A stretch of DNA of 24,103 nucleotides from Candidatus Thorarchaeota archaeon (GTDB taxonomy: Archaea > Asgardarchaeota > Thorarchaeia > Thorarchaeales > Thorarchaeaceae), in NCBI GenBank assembly GCA_048882385.1, contig JBHLRQ010000020.1, positions 16,385 to 40,487 on the forward strand, given 5' to 3'. Shown in pieces: positions 10,108 to 18,474 of this stretch. Numbering within the stretch: position 1 is the first letter of the stretch; each line of letters opens with the position of its first letter. Under the pieces are notes generated by a model. The model had not been told where the DNA came from. It did no database searches and saw only the letters and a list, made by a program, of their open reading frames with translations. The position numbers were made by a program, and so were the translations under genes.

Positions 10108-10221
10108 ATGGCATTTGCGAAACTTCGGAAGAAACTTGGTGCTGAACCTGACCTTGAGAAACATCTGCGTACCAAGGCACAGGTACGCACTGAAGTCTAC
10201 AGATCCTCTTTCCAGAGGTAG
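10108..10221 (+). CDS. Micro-ORF 2, 37 aa, basic (MAFAKLRKKLGAEPDLEKHLRTKAQVRTEVYRSSFQR)
   Basis: GGAGGT RBS at 10096-10101, 6 nt before the ATG. Its end provides the GAGGT RBS of ORF 3. Confidence 0.55.
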   Translation: MAFAKLRKKLGAEPDLEKHLRTKAQVRTEVYRSSFQR

Positions 10222-10227
10222 ATTCAG

Positions 10228-10341
10228 ATGAATAAAACTGACTCTTCTCAAAGCACTGCCTCTTCAAAGGCGCAGAAGCATCAATCCCAGAAAGGTAGTA
10301 CCCTTACACTGGCTGAAGTACTCGCGTTAGAAGCAACGTGA
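10228..10341 (+). CDS. Micro-ORF 3, 37 aa, S/Q/K/T-rich (MNKTDSSQSTASSKAQKHQSQKGSTLTLAEVLALEAT)
   Basis: GAGGT RBS at 10215-10219, 8 nt before the ATG. The stop lies in a hairpin followed by a T tract. Confidence 0.45.
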   Translation: MNKTDSSQSTASSKAQKHQSQKGSTLTLAEVLALEAT

Positions 10342-10360
10342 GTACTATTCTCTTTTTTCT
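10317..10360 (+). terminator. Hairpin plus oligo-T terminator-like element
   Basis: AGTACTCGCGTT-agaagc-AACGTGAGTACT (12-bp stem, one G-U) followed by attctcttttttct. Confidence 0.55.
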
Positions 10361-10377
10361 CACCTTAATTCTGATTA

Positions 10378-11214
10378 CTAGTCCGAAATTATATCATTAA
10401 AAGCCAGACCTGCTCTCTGTCTGTGAGGCTCAATATCCCCAACGATTTTCATTCTATCGAGGTTGATTTCACCCAGACCCCGTTTCTTAGCCTCTTGTAG
10501 AACCGGCATCTCTGAAGGTTCAAATCCTACTAGATATCCTCCAACTGCTTCGACTGCAAATGCATCAGTGCCTACAATAAGGATATTCGGAGAGATTGTA
10601 ATTCGCTTCTTTTTGTAACCACGATAGACATGAGTAGCATCTATGACTGCTAAATCTATACCCCCAATCGCTTCATAGATGTCAAGAAGAGCAGTTGTGA
10701 GTTGGTCATGGAACCTGTGCTTTTTCGTGTCAGGTATCATTCCAAGCAAATTTTTGATTACAAAGCCCAGGTTCATGAGATCCTCAAGTCCAGCTTCCTC
10801 ATATCTTCTGGGAACATGAGTGCTGATGAAGGTGTTTGGCTCTGAGAATATCTGTGGAAAGGGGACAGTTTCTCCAGCAATTTCAACATCCTTCGTTTCT
10901 TTATCACTTGACAGATTGTACGGGACCACACGATCATTGAAACAATCTTTCCATATCTCTAGTCTTTCCAATCCCGGTCCTGCTCCACTATCAGATTCAG
11001 TGATTAAAATCTCGGATGCTTTATCAAAAGCATCAATGATTGATTGAAGGGTTTTGACGGTTGTACATATTCCAGTTTCAGTATTATAGATTCCAACCTT
11101 TACAACGACCCTTTTATCAGGTGAATTCATTTCGCTCATACCCTCGATATGGTTGATAGACTTTGAGAAAGAATCGTTGTCTACAATAACAACAGTTGGT
11201 CTCATTTTAGACAC
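10378..11214 (-). CDS. DUF362-like domain protein
   Basis: RVVVK, ILITESDSG, IKNLLGMIP..KHRFH, DLAVIDA, ILIVGTDAFAVEA and AKKRGLGEI resemble DUF362 proteins. Confidence 0.75.
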   Translation of the reverse strand: MSKMRPTVVIVDNDSFSKSINHIEGMSEMNSPDKRVVVKVGIYNTETGICTTVKTLQSIIDAFDKASEILITESDSGAGPGLERLEIWKDCFNDRVVPYNLSSDKETKDVEIAGETVPFPQIFSEPNTFISTHVPRRYEEAGLEDLMNLGFVIKNLLGMIPDTKKHRFHDQLTTALLDIYEAIGGIDLAVIDATHVYRGYKKKRITISPNILIVGTDAFAVEAVGGYLVGFEPSEMPVLQEAKKRGLGEINLDRMKIVGDIEPHRQRAGLAFNDIISD

Positions 11215-11381
11215 CCCCTAGACTGAGATTGGGTCAATAATAAGAATCACGTACTGCGCACATGCTGTGACTCGTCTGGAACACGTTTCACGGACTAAAC
11301 CATCCAGAGATGATCGGATTTGATTTCCTTACCCATTTATAATATCAAATCTTGATTACTTGATTATGGAAGTGATAGTCT

Positions 11382-11840
11382 TTGGACAATCATGACTTAC
11401 AGAGCTATATTGAAGTGCACAAAATAGAGGCTGAAATACTCCCCATGAAGGGTCGTGTTCATTCAGTCGATGCTGCTTCTAGTGAGCTTGGAGTCCCCCC
11501 AGAGCGATTCATCAAGACTGTTGTGTTCATAGCCAATGACAAAGTGATTCTCGCTATTGTGAATGGTACTGATCGCGCAAGCTCAAAGAGAGTAGGAAAG
11601 GCGATTGACCTACCACCTCCAGGACTTGCTTCACCTGAAGAGGCATTTGAGCTGACAGGATTCGAAGTCGGTGGAACACCTCCAATAGCTATATCGAACG
11701 CTCATGTGGTAATTGATACAAGAGTTATGGAAATGCCTGAGGTGATTGGAGGTGGTGGAACTGACAGGCACCTCCTCAGAATTAAACCTGAAGAAATCGT
11801 GAAAGACACCGGTGCGAAAATAGCTCGTATCAGAAAATAG
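11382..11840 (+). CDS. YbaK/EbsC/ProX-family aminoacyl-tRNA editing (deacylase) protein
   Basis: IKTVV conserved Lys, TGFEVGGTPP, and GGGG motif. Confidence 0.9.
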   Translation: MDNHDLQSYIEVHKIEAEILPMKGRVHSVDAASSELGVPPERFIKTVVFIANDKVILAIVNGTDRASSKRVGKAIDLPPPGLASPEEAFELTGFEVGGTPPIAISNAHVVIDTRVMEMPEVIGGGGTDRHLLRIKPEEIVKDTGAKIARIRK

Positions 11841-11915
11841 CACTCGAATATTGAGGTGAAATCCTCTTCTATATCGCTCCTTTTATCTTGATATGACTCT
11901 ATACTCCAAAAGAAA

Positions 11916-12066
11916 TGGTGCCGAGAATGGGATTTTCGAGTTGCATGAAACTCATACAACCTTTCGAACCCATGTACTCCTACGAGAATGGATTTCTCCT
12001 TGGAGTTGCCATAGGCAAACTAACAGATCTTGAGTCCACCGCCGTTGACCGCTTGGCTATCTCGGC
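11916..12066 (-). tRNA. tRNA-Leu(CAA) with two introns (37/38 at 11994-12028; 59/60 at 11933-11962) and encoded CCA
   Basis: Removing 35 nt and 30 nt gives an 86-nt cloverleaf: GCCGAGA/TCTCGGC acceptor, GTGGA-CTCAAGA-TCCAT anticodon arm, long variable arm, ATGGG-TTCGAAT-CCCAT T arm, ACCA end. TTTAAA box at 12093-12098. Confidence 0.92.
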
Positions 12067-12259
12067 TGATGTTATGCCAGATAAATGAACCATTTAAAGC
12101 CATTTGGGTAAATATCGACCTGTTTCATAGAGGTAGGAAATTTTGGTTGAGAAAAAGGTACTGAAGAAAATAGAGGCACGACTAGTGAAATTGAATGATG
12201 ATATCATTTCAACAATCGAGAAACCTATACATTTCACCAATTATTTTCACTCCGAAGAA

Positions 12260-12302
12260 GGAGGAGGTGATCCTCCTCCGATAGATTGACGAACAATCTA
12301 TC
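12260..12302. other. Two abutting perfect hairpins
   Basis: GGAGGAGG-tgat-CCTCCTCC (12260-12279) immediately followed by GATAGATTG-acgaa-CAATCTATC (12280-12302). Confidence 0.6.
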
Positions 12303-12409
12303 TCATCAATCAATATGGATATATGAACATAGGAGAGGAACTTCTTGGTAGAAATCATATCAAGATGGATAGTGGTGTACAAATACATTTTGCAAAGGGG
12401 GTGACTTAG

Positions 12410-13606
12410 ATGATAATACACATTCGGAACTTAAGACTGAGGTTATCCAATGTGTACTTGGTCTTGATATTGGTAACAATGTCAAGCGTCACGATTCCTG
12501 TCATTGCGGTTTTAAGAAACTCTTATGGATTAATGCAGGAATCTGAAACGACATGGGAGATGCTTGAGTCTGAATATTCACATGGGTCATTTTGGGATGT
12601 GTCATTCCTTAACTCCACACATGGATGGATTGTAGGGTCAGAGAACTCAACTTTTGCTTCCGACTTGATTGTACTATATACAAATGACAGTGGGGACTCC
12701 TGGCAACTTCAATATAGAGATGATTTTGGATTTGGAGCTACTATAGATGTGTTGGATGAACAGACAGTATGGGTTACAGGATCTTCCGGTAGTCTGTTCT
12801 ACTCTCTTAATGGAGGGAACACGTGGAACGAGAGTGATGTTGCAGGCGCCATCGGTGGGATGAGCACTGTGAAATTCATCAACAAGACACATGGATGGAC
12901 TGCTAGTAATGAGGTTCTTTACCTGACTAAAAATGGCGGACAGACATGGGAACCTGTTTCTGGATGGAGCTTTGATGACCACCCTAAAATGATGCAACCT
13001 CTGACAAACTTGGATATATGGGCCTGTGGTTTTGGGGGGACTTATCATAGTACTGACGGAGGGGAAACCTGGGAGAGATCTTCTAATAGAGGAGGATGGG
13101 CACTGTCATTTGTGAGTGCCACCGAGGGGTGGGTGATTGATGACAGCAGACTGGCACACACGAGTGACGGTGACACATGGGAAGAGCTGGTCATACCAAT
13201 GAGGGCTCCACTCTTTCGTTTTAATCCACCATACACCACTGATATTCAGTTTCTGGATGCTGACAATGGATGGATTGTTGGCACAGAGATTGCAGTAATG
13301 TATACTCCAGATGGAGGTACAAACTGGTATGAGCAGAATGTACCTGCTGATGTGCGTTCTCAGAATCCGAGAATAAGGGCGTTGGACTTTATCAATGAAA
13401 CCAATGGATGGGCTGTAGGCACAGGAGGGACGATATTGCGGACACGTACTGGAAACGTTCTGGGATCTCGCCTGTGGAAAGGCATGACTGACCCTCTGTT
13501 CCTGACCATTGTGGGTGTCATTGCAACTGTGACTATTGTGACAGTAGGTGCGATTGTGAAATTAAAAAAGCGAAAGAGTAAATCAAAATCAGTAGAGATT
13601 CAATAG
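12410..13606 (+). CDS. YCF48/BNR (Asp-box) repeat beta-propeller surface protein with N-terminal hydrophobic segment and C-terminal TM anchor
   Basis: Repeated F-x-N/D-x-x-x-GW units and S/T-x-D/N-GG-x-TW Asp-boxes (TNDSGDSW, SLNGGNTW, TKNGGQTW, STDGGETW, TPDGGTNW). C-terminal hydrophobic helix followed by a KLKKRK tail. GGGGTGA RBS. Confidence 0.85.
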   Translation: MIIHIRNLRLRLSNVYLVLILVTMSSVTIPVIAVLRNSYGLMQESETTWEMLESEYSHGSFWDVSFLNSTHGWIVGSENSTFASDLIVLYTNDSGDSWQLQYRDDFGFGATIDVLDEQTVWVTGSSGSLFYSLNGGNTWNESDVAGAIGGMSTVKFINKTHGWTASNEVLYLTKNGGQTWEPVSGWSFDDHPKMMQPLTNLDIWACGFGGTYHSTDGGETWERSSNRGGWALSFVSATEGWVIDDSRLAHTSDGDTWEELVIPMRAPLFRFNPPYTTDIQFLDADNGWIVGTEIAVMYTPDGGTNWYEQNVPADVRSQNPRIRALDFINETNGWAVGTGGTILRTRTGNVLGSRLWKGMTDPLFLTIVGVIATVTIVTVGAIVKLKKRKSKSKSVEIQ

Positions 13607-13685
13607 CGACCCACTTGGCCACCTCGGCATTAGGAGCTCCATGTTTTGACTCGCTTTTGGCAGTTTCCCTAAACAGTGGAACAAA

Positions 13686-13979
13686 TTAGCTGGTTTCCAG
13701 ATATGGTCTGATTTTAGAATAAAAGTCTGAAATAATCTTGGAGCGTTCATCCTCAGTTTCTAGTATGAATAGTCGTATCTGTTGTCCTGCCTTTATTTCC
13801 TTGACAAGTCCCATATCCACAAGAGGTTGCATCACTCGATGAATTGTTGAGTGAGCAAGTCCAGTTTCTTTTGCCAATCTACTGAGATTGAAAAATTCCT
13901 TCGGACGGTCTAAGAAGTGTTGTACAACTCTGGTCTGAGCACGGGATGCAAATACTTTCTCAAGCAGCCTTTTCAACAC
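13686..13979 (-). CDS. Winged helix-turn-helix DNA-binding protein
   Basis: FNLSRLAKETGLAHSTIHRVMQPLVDMGLV HTH. GTG at 13979, following GAGG, is preferred to the track's 14039 start, which overlaps pyrH. Confidence 0.8.
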   Translation of the reverse strand: MLKRLLEKVFASRAQTRVVQHFLDRPKEFFNLSRLAKETGLAHSTIHRVMQPLVDMGLVKEIKAGQQIRLFILETEDERSKIISDFYSKIRPYLETS

Positions 13980-13995
13980 ATATTCGCCTCTTGTT

Positions 13996-14694
13996 TCATT
14001 TGTTCGTGTTGTGCACAATCTTTGTACCAATCTTTTCATTGTTGAAAGCCTTAGTCAGATTTCCAGGGTCATTTCCATTGAAAATCACAGTAGGGATTTT
14101 AGAACGTTCAACTATTCCGATTGCTACAGGATCAAACAGATTATACTCTCCCGCTCTTGTCCCCTCTGAGGACAGGATTTTTCTCAGCTGAGTAATATCA
14201 ACACTATCCAGTTTCTTGGCTCCTTTCTCTTCGGGGTGGCGATCATAGACTCCATCAACATTGGTTGCATTGAATATCATGTCAGCGTTTATCAGTTCTG
14301 CAGAAGCTGCAGCAACTGCATTTGTTGATTGACCTGGTATCATCCCTCCCAACAACACAACCTTGCCACCAAGATTGATTGCAACCTCCAATTCATCAAA
14401 ATCATCGATGATTTTTGGATACGCAAGGTCCCCCAATGCTGCACATAGGAGCTCTGCATTGTTCCTTGCCAATTTGATACCTAACCAATCACATTGAGCC
14501 TCACTTGCACCCAGTTCCCTAGCTGCTGAGATGAAGATTCGTGCTGGTTTCCCACCACCAACAACTATGACAAACGAATGACCTGCTTTGACCAGGGACT
14601 TGATTGAATCAGCGTACTCTCTAAGCCGGTCAATACGTACTTGACCGTCTTTGTCATAGAGGAGTGAACCTCCAATCTTGAGTACAGCTCTCAT
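13996..14694 (-). CDS. pyrH: UMP kinase (archaeal type)
   Basis: VLKIGGS, VVGGGKPAR, DWLGI, PGQSTNAVAA, ATNVDGVYDRHP, FDPVA. Confidence 0.95.
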   Translation of the reverse strand: MRAVLKIGGSLLYDKDGQVRIDRLREYADSIKSLVKAGHSFVIVVGGGKPARIFISAARELGASEAQCDWLGIKLARNNAELLCAALGDLAYPKIIDDFDELEVAINLGGKVVLLGGMIPGQSTNAVAAASAELINADMIFNATNVDGVYDRHPEEKGAKKLDSVDITQLRKILSSEGTRAGEYNLFDPVAIGIVERSKIPTVIFNGNDPGNLTKAFNNEKIGTKIVHNTNK

Positions 14695-15037
14695 GGTCTA
14701 TCCCCTGAAACACTTACGAACACGTACTTCTATTGGACACTATTAATAACGATTTCTTGAATAGACCAGTTTGACGAATTTTCGATATGTCAAAACTGCG
14801 TTTAGACACCGCCTAGAGCCTCAAATTGCCCATTTCGACCATTTTGACATTTCAATCGGGTCAGTGAGATCGCTATTAATTCCGTGTCGAATGAGTGAAC
14901 TTTAGCGAATAGAAATTGATGAGTTTCTCAATAAGTATGGTTAGTCTTGTTTGCCCATAACCCTTTTAGGCATCTCACCTACCCCAAGCCTGAGCGGCAA
15001 GTGCCGACCCTTGCTGACATCAAGGAGACTGATCCTT

Positions 15038-17509
15038 TTGTCAAAACTAGAACCTAAGATCAAATCCAAACGCTGGAAGCCTGATGCTGAGGCAGAGCTA
15101 CTTGAGCTCTGGAAGAATGAGGACACATATGAGTTCGATATGAACTCGGGTAAGACAATATATACCGTCGATACTCCTCCTCCATACCTCTCAGGTCCAA
15201 TGCATGTGGGTCAGGTGATCCATTATACACAGATTGACATTATTGCACGCTATCGTCGTATGCAGGGTTTAGAGGTGAATTTTCCTCTTGGAATTGATCG
15301 TAATGGCTTACCGGTAGAGGTCAGAGTTGAGCAGGATCTCGGCATAAATATGCATAGAACCCCACGTGACGAGTTTCTTCGCCTCTGTAAGAAACGCCTA
15401 GATGAAGACGAAATAATTACGCTTACAGGCTTCAAAAGATTGGGTATTGCTTTCAATACCTACGATGATGAGGGTAGTTATCGCACAGATAGTCCAAGAT
15501 ATAGAGCCGTGACACAAGCCACCTTCATTGACATTTGGAAGAAAGGACTTGTTTACAGTGATTACCGTCCCAATAATTGGTGTTTCGAATGCGGGACCAC
15601 AATTGCTGATGCTGAGGTGGAGTATAGAGAACGACCTACTCAGTTGCATTATCTCTACTTCAATGTGGAAGGACTAGAACCTCTCGAGATTGCTACAACC
15701 AGACCTGAGCTACTCTGTGCTTGTGGCGCTGTATTCGTGCATCCTGATGATGAGAGATATAGTTCATATCAGGGAAAGACTGCAAAGGTTCCTCTCTTTG
15801 AGCAAGAGGTACCAATCATCCCGAGTCCAACTGCACAGATGGAATTTGGGACAGGAGCTCTAATGGTGTGTAGTTATGGGGACCAAGACGATGTTATGGC
15901 ATTTCGGGACTATTCACTAACGCCAATTGCAGCTGTATCTACTGATGGTACTATGACAGAAGCTGCTCGAGAATATTCCGGTCTTAAGATCGAAGAGGCT
16001 CGCAAGAAAATCGTTGCAGATCTCAGGGAAAATGGTCTTCTATTCAAACAAGAAGACTCGATACAGAGAGTCCCTCATTGTTGGCGGAGTGGCACCCCTA
16101 TCGAGTTCATAGCGATGGATGAGTATTATGTGAAACAGGTCGATTTCATTGAGGACCTTCATAAGATTGCCAATGATACACCATTCTATCCTGATTTTCA
16201 CAGGCAAGTTCTAATTAATTGGCTCAACAGGGTGACAGTTGACTGGCCAGTGAGTCGTAGGCGGTATTACGGAACCGAGCTACCTATTTGGTATTGCAAA
16301 TCCTGCGGAGAAGCCGTGGTTCCTGAACCTGCGGATGATCCAATCTATTACCAGCCTTGGAGAGAAGATCCCCCATTCAAAGATTGTCCGAAATGTGATG
16401 CGAGTGAGGGCTTTACAGGTGAGGAGCGGACCTTTGACACATGGATGGACTCCTCGATAAGTGGAATGCAAGCTGTGGGGTACATGTATGATGACGAGCT
16501 ATTCAAGAAGGGTTTTGACAATGTCATGCGTCCCCAAGGAAAGGACATCGTCAGGACTTGGCTTTACTATTCCTTACTTCGAACTTTTCAATTGACTGGG
16601 AAACCTGCTTTCAGTGAGGTGTGGGTTTCTGGACATGTGGTAGACGACAAGGGCGAAACGATGAGCAAGTCAAAGGGAAACTCTCCTGCGCCAATGCCCT
16701 TTGTTGAGAAATATGGCGCTGATGCAATGCGTATCTTTGGTGCTCTAGAAGCTGGACTTGGTAGTGACATTAGATTCTCCGAGGACCGTCTAGCTGGAGT
16801 GTCGAGGTTTATGACAAAGCTCTACAATATTGCCCGGTTCATCTCAATGTTTCCAATTCCTGAAGATATCCCATTCGATAAGTTGACGCCCGTCGACCAG
16901 TGGATACTGGCAGAAGCAAATGCGCTTATTGAAAGGATTGTTCCTGAATGTGATCTCCTTGATTTCCACAAACCTGCAATCGAAATACGCGGCTTCACAT
17001 GGAATTTCTTTGCAGACCATGTGCTTGAGATGTTAAAGGGGAGGTCTTTCAACACAGAGGGTGTGTTTACTGAGGATGAACAGAAGTCAGCTTGGTTTAC
17101 TCTACATGAAGTGTTAAAGATCATATCAAGGGCATTAGCTCCGATAACTCCCTTCATAACCGATAAGATCTACCGAGACCTATATGATGAGAAGGGCATT
17201 CATCGTCAGAGATATCCCTCCTATGAGAAGACATGGAAATCGAGTCTCACAGACCACACTGAACTTCTGATGCAGACCAACTCTGGTTTCTGGAAGTTCA
17301 AACGTGAAACCGGACTCTCTCTCAGACAGGGTCTCGCCGAGGCGTACCTCTCCGAAGACCTGAAACCATGGATGAAGGACCTTCAGGCTATGCATGGTAT
17401 TGAGAAGCTAGGATTTGGAAAACCAGATGATGACAGGTTCGTAGAAGTGACTCTTCCAGAGTCAGAAAATGTAATCTACGTACTTCCACTAGTAGAAGAG
17501 AAAGAATGA
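15038..17509 (+). CDS. valS: Valine--tRNA ligase (archaeal type)
   Basis: DTPPPYLSGPMHVG (HIGH-like), ATTRPEL editing motif, DWPVSRRRYYG, DTWMDSS, PQGKDI, TMSKSKGN, YGADA. TTG 15038 follows an AAGGAG RBS (track start is 14951). Confidence 0.95.
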   Translation: MSKLEPKIKSKRWKPDAEAELLELWKNEDTYEFDMNSGKTIYTVDTPPPYLSGPMHVGQVIHYTQIDIIARYRRMQGLEVNFPLGIDRNGLPVEVRVEQDLGINMHRTPRDEFLRLCKKRLDEDEIITLTGFKRLGIAFNTYDDEGSYRTDSPRYRAVTQATFIDIWKKGLVYSDYRPNNWCFECGTTIADAEVEYRERPTQLHYLYFNVEGLEPLEIATTRPELLCACGAVFVHPDDERYSSYQGKTAKVPLFEQEVPIIPSPTAQMEFGTGALMVCSYGDQDDVMAFRDYSLTPIAAVSTDGTMTEAAREYSGLKIEEARKKIVADLRENGLLFKQEDSIQRVPHCWRSGTPIEFIAMDEYYVKQVDFIEDLHKIANDTPFYPDFHRQVLINWLNRVTVDWPVSRRRYYGTELPIWYCKSCGEAVVPEPADDPIYYQPWREDPPFKDCPKCDASEGFTGEERTFDTWMDSSISGMQAVGYMYDDELFKKGFDNVMRPQGKDIVRTWLYYSLLRTFQLTGKPAFSEVWVSGHVVDDKGETMSKSKGNSPAPMPFVEKYGADAMRIFGALEAGLGSDIRFSEDRLAGVSRFMTKLYNIARFISMFPIPEDIPFDKLTPVDQWILAEANALIERIVPECDLLDFHKPAIEIRGFTWNFFADHVLEMLKGRSFNTEGVFTEDEQKSAWFTLHEVLKIISRALAPITPFITDKIYRDLYDEKGIHRQRYPSYEKTWKSSLTDHTELLMQTNSGFWKFKRETGLSLRQGLAEAYLSEDLKPWMKDLQAMHGIEKLGFGKPDDDRFVEVTLPESENVIYVLPLVEEKE

Positions 17510-17540
17510 TTGGGCGAATCACAATCTCTCAATCTTTCAC

Positions 17541-17975
17541 TTATTCCACAAACACCTCATTCTCATGCTCAGTTAGACATTTCATACTATTCGAAACCAG
17601 ACAGTACTTCCCGGAAAGGTCCAACGCTCTCTCTGTCTTTGATCTAAGGTCTTCAGACTCAATACCAACCTTTGTCTTTAGTAGGATTTTCGTGAACTGG
17701 AATCCCTTTTCAACACGTTCTAGTGTACCATGTCCCTCACATGAGAAGGATTTGAAATCGATACGCATCTTCTTTGTGAAGCTCACAAATGTTGTCATGA
17801 AACAAGAAGCTGCTGATGCAACAAAGAGATCCTCAGGTGAGATTATTCCTTCAGGTCCATCAAACTCGGGCGGTGCAGAAACCTCGACCTTGGGTTTGCC
17901 CTCAACAATCATATCACCAACTCGACCGTGTTTCCAATCGATTCTTACTGTGTATTCGTGAGTTTCATCCGTCAT
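17541..17975 (-). CDS. OsmC/Ohr family protein
   Basis: APPEFDG..SPEDLFVASAASC and KYCLVSNS with two conserved Cys. ATG 17975 follows GGTGA. Confidence 0.9.
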   Translation of the reverse strand: MTDETHEYTVRIDWKHGRVGDMIVEGKPKVEVSAPPEFDGPEGIISPEDLFVASAASCFMTTFVSFTKKMRIDFKSFSCEGHGTLERVEKGFQFTKILLKTKVGIESEDLRSKTERALDLSGKYCLVSNSMKCLTEHENEVFVE

Positions 17976-17976
17976 C

Positions 17977-18426
17977 TCAATCACCAACGACTATTACTTC
18001 TGTACTATGTACAATTGGACATTTCATACTGTTTCCAATGAAACAATACTTTGCAGCAAGCTCGAGTGCACGATTTATCCTATTTCTGATTTCCTCTGAG
18101 GCAACCTCTACTCGTGCTGTCATCTCAATCTTTGTTACTTCAGAACTTCTACCTACCTTTTCAAGGATTCCCACTGCATCGCATTCGAACGATTTGAACT
18201 CAATACGCATCTTCTTAGTGAATTCGACAAATCCATTCATGTAACATATTGTGGCTGAAGCTACGAAGAGGTCTTCAGGTGAGTGAAATTTCTTCTCACC
18301 AGATCCACCAGAAGGTACACCGGTCTTGATTGGGATTTTTCCTTCGACAATTAGATTTCCACTCTTTCCACCCGTCCAGACAAGTCGCACAGGATACAGC
18401 TTTGCGTCTTCGCTCACTTGAAACAC
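17977..18426 (-). CDS. OsmC/Ohr family protein (tandem paralog)
   Basis: SPEDLFVASATIC and KYCFIGNS. The start may instead be GTG 18417. Confidence 0.88.
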   Translation of the reverse strand: MFQVSEDAKLYPVRLVWTGGKSGNLIVEGKIPIKTGVPSGGSGEKKFHSPEDLFVASATICYMNGFVEFTKKMRIEFKSFECDAVGILEKVGRSSEVTKIEMTARVEVASEEIRNRINRALELAAKYCFIGNSMKCPIVHSTEVIVVGD

Positions 18427-18474
18427 CTTTTTTCCCTATTCTTAACACATGGAAAAGGGTTTAGTCTTGGCAAT

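Noticed and set aside
10054-10251. 65-aa minus-strand ORF from the track
   Set aside because: TTG start with no RBS. It is antisense to the better-signalled plus-strand micro-ORFs.
11215-11381. Possible att copy of tRNA-Leu (CTGAGATTGGG) and a GATTTGAT/ATCAAATC inverted repeat at 11317-11351
   Set aside because: The tRNA match is too short and degenerate. The inverted repeat flanks a TATA-like sequence and could be an operator, but could be chance in AT-rich DNA.
12262-12273. Possible 16S rRNA gene 3' end (GGATCACCTCCT on the minus strand)
   Set aside because: Only 12 nt match. The adjacent sequence lacks the helix 44/45 conserved motifs (e.g. AAGTCGTAACAAGG), so this is not an rRNA gene.
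12560-13450. Recurrent GGATGG/ACATGG DNA motifs suggesting a repeat array or CRISPR
   Set aside because: Explained by GW and TW codons in beta-propeller protein repeats. There are no identical repeats with unique spacers and no cas genes.
17506-18244. Plus-strand ORFs of 151 and 142 aa
   Set aside because: Antisense shadows of the two OsmC genes, with no motifs.
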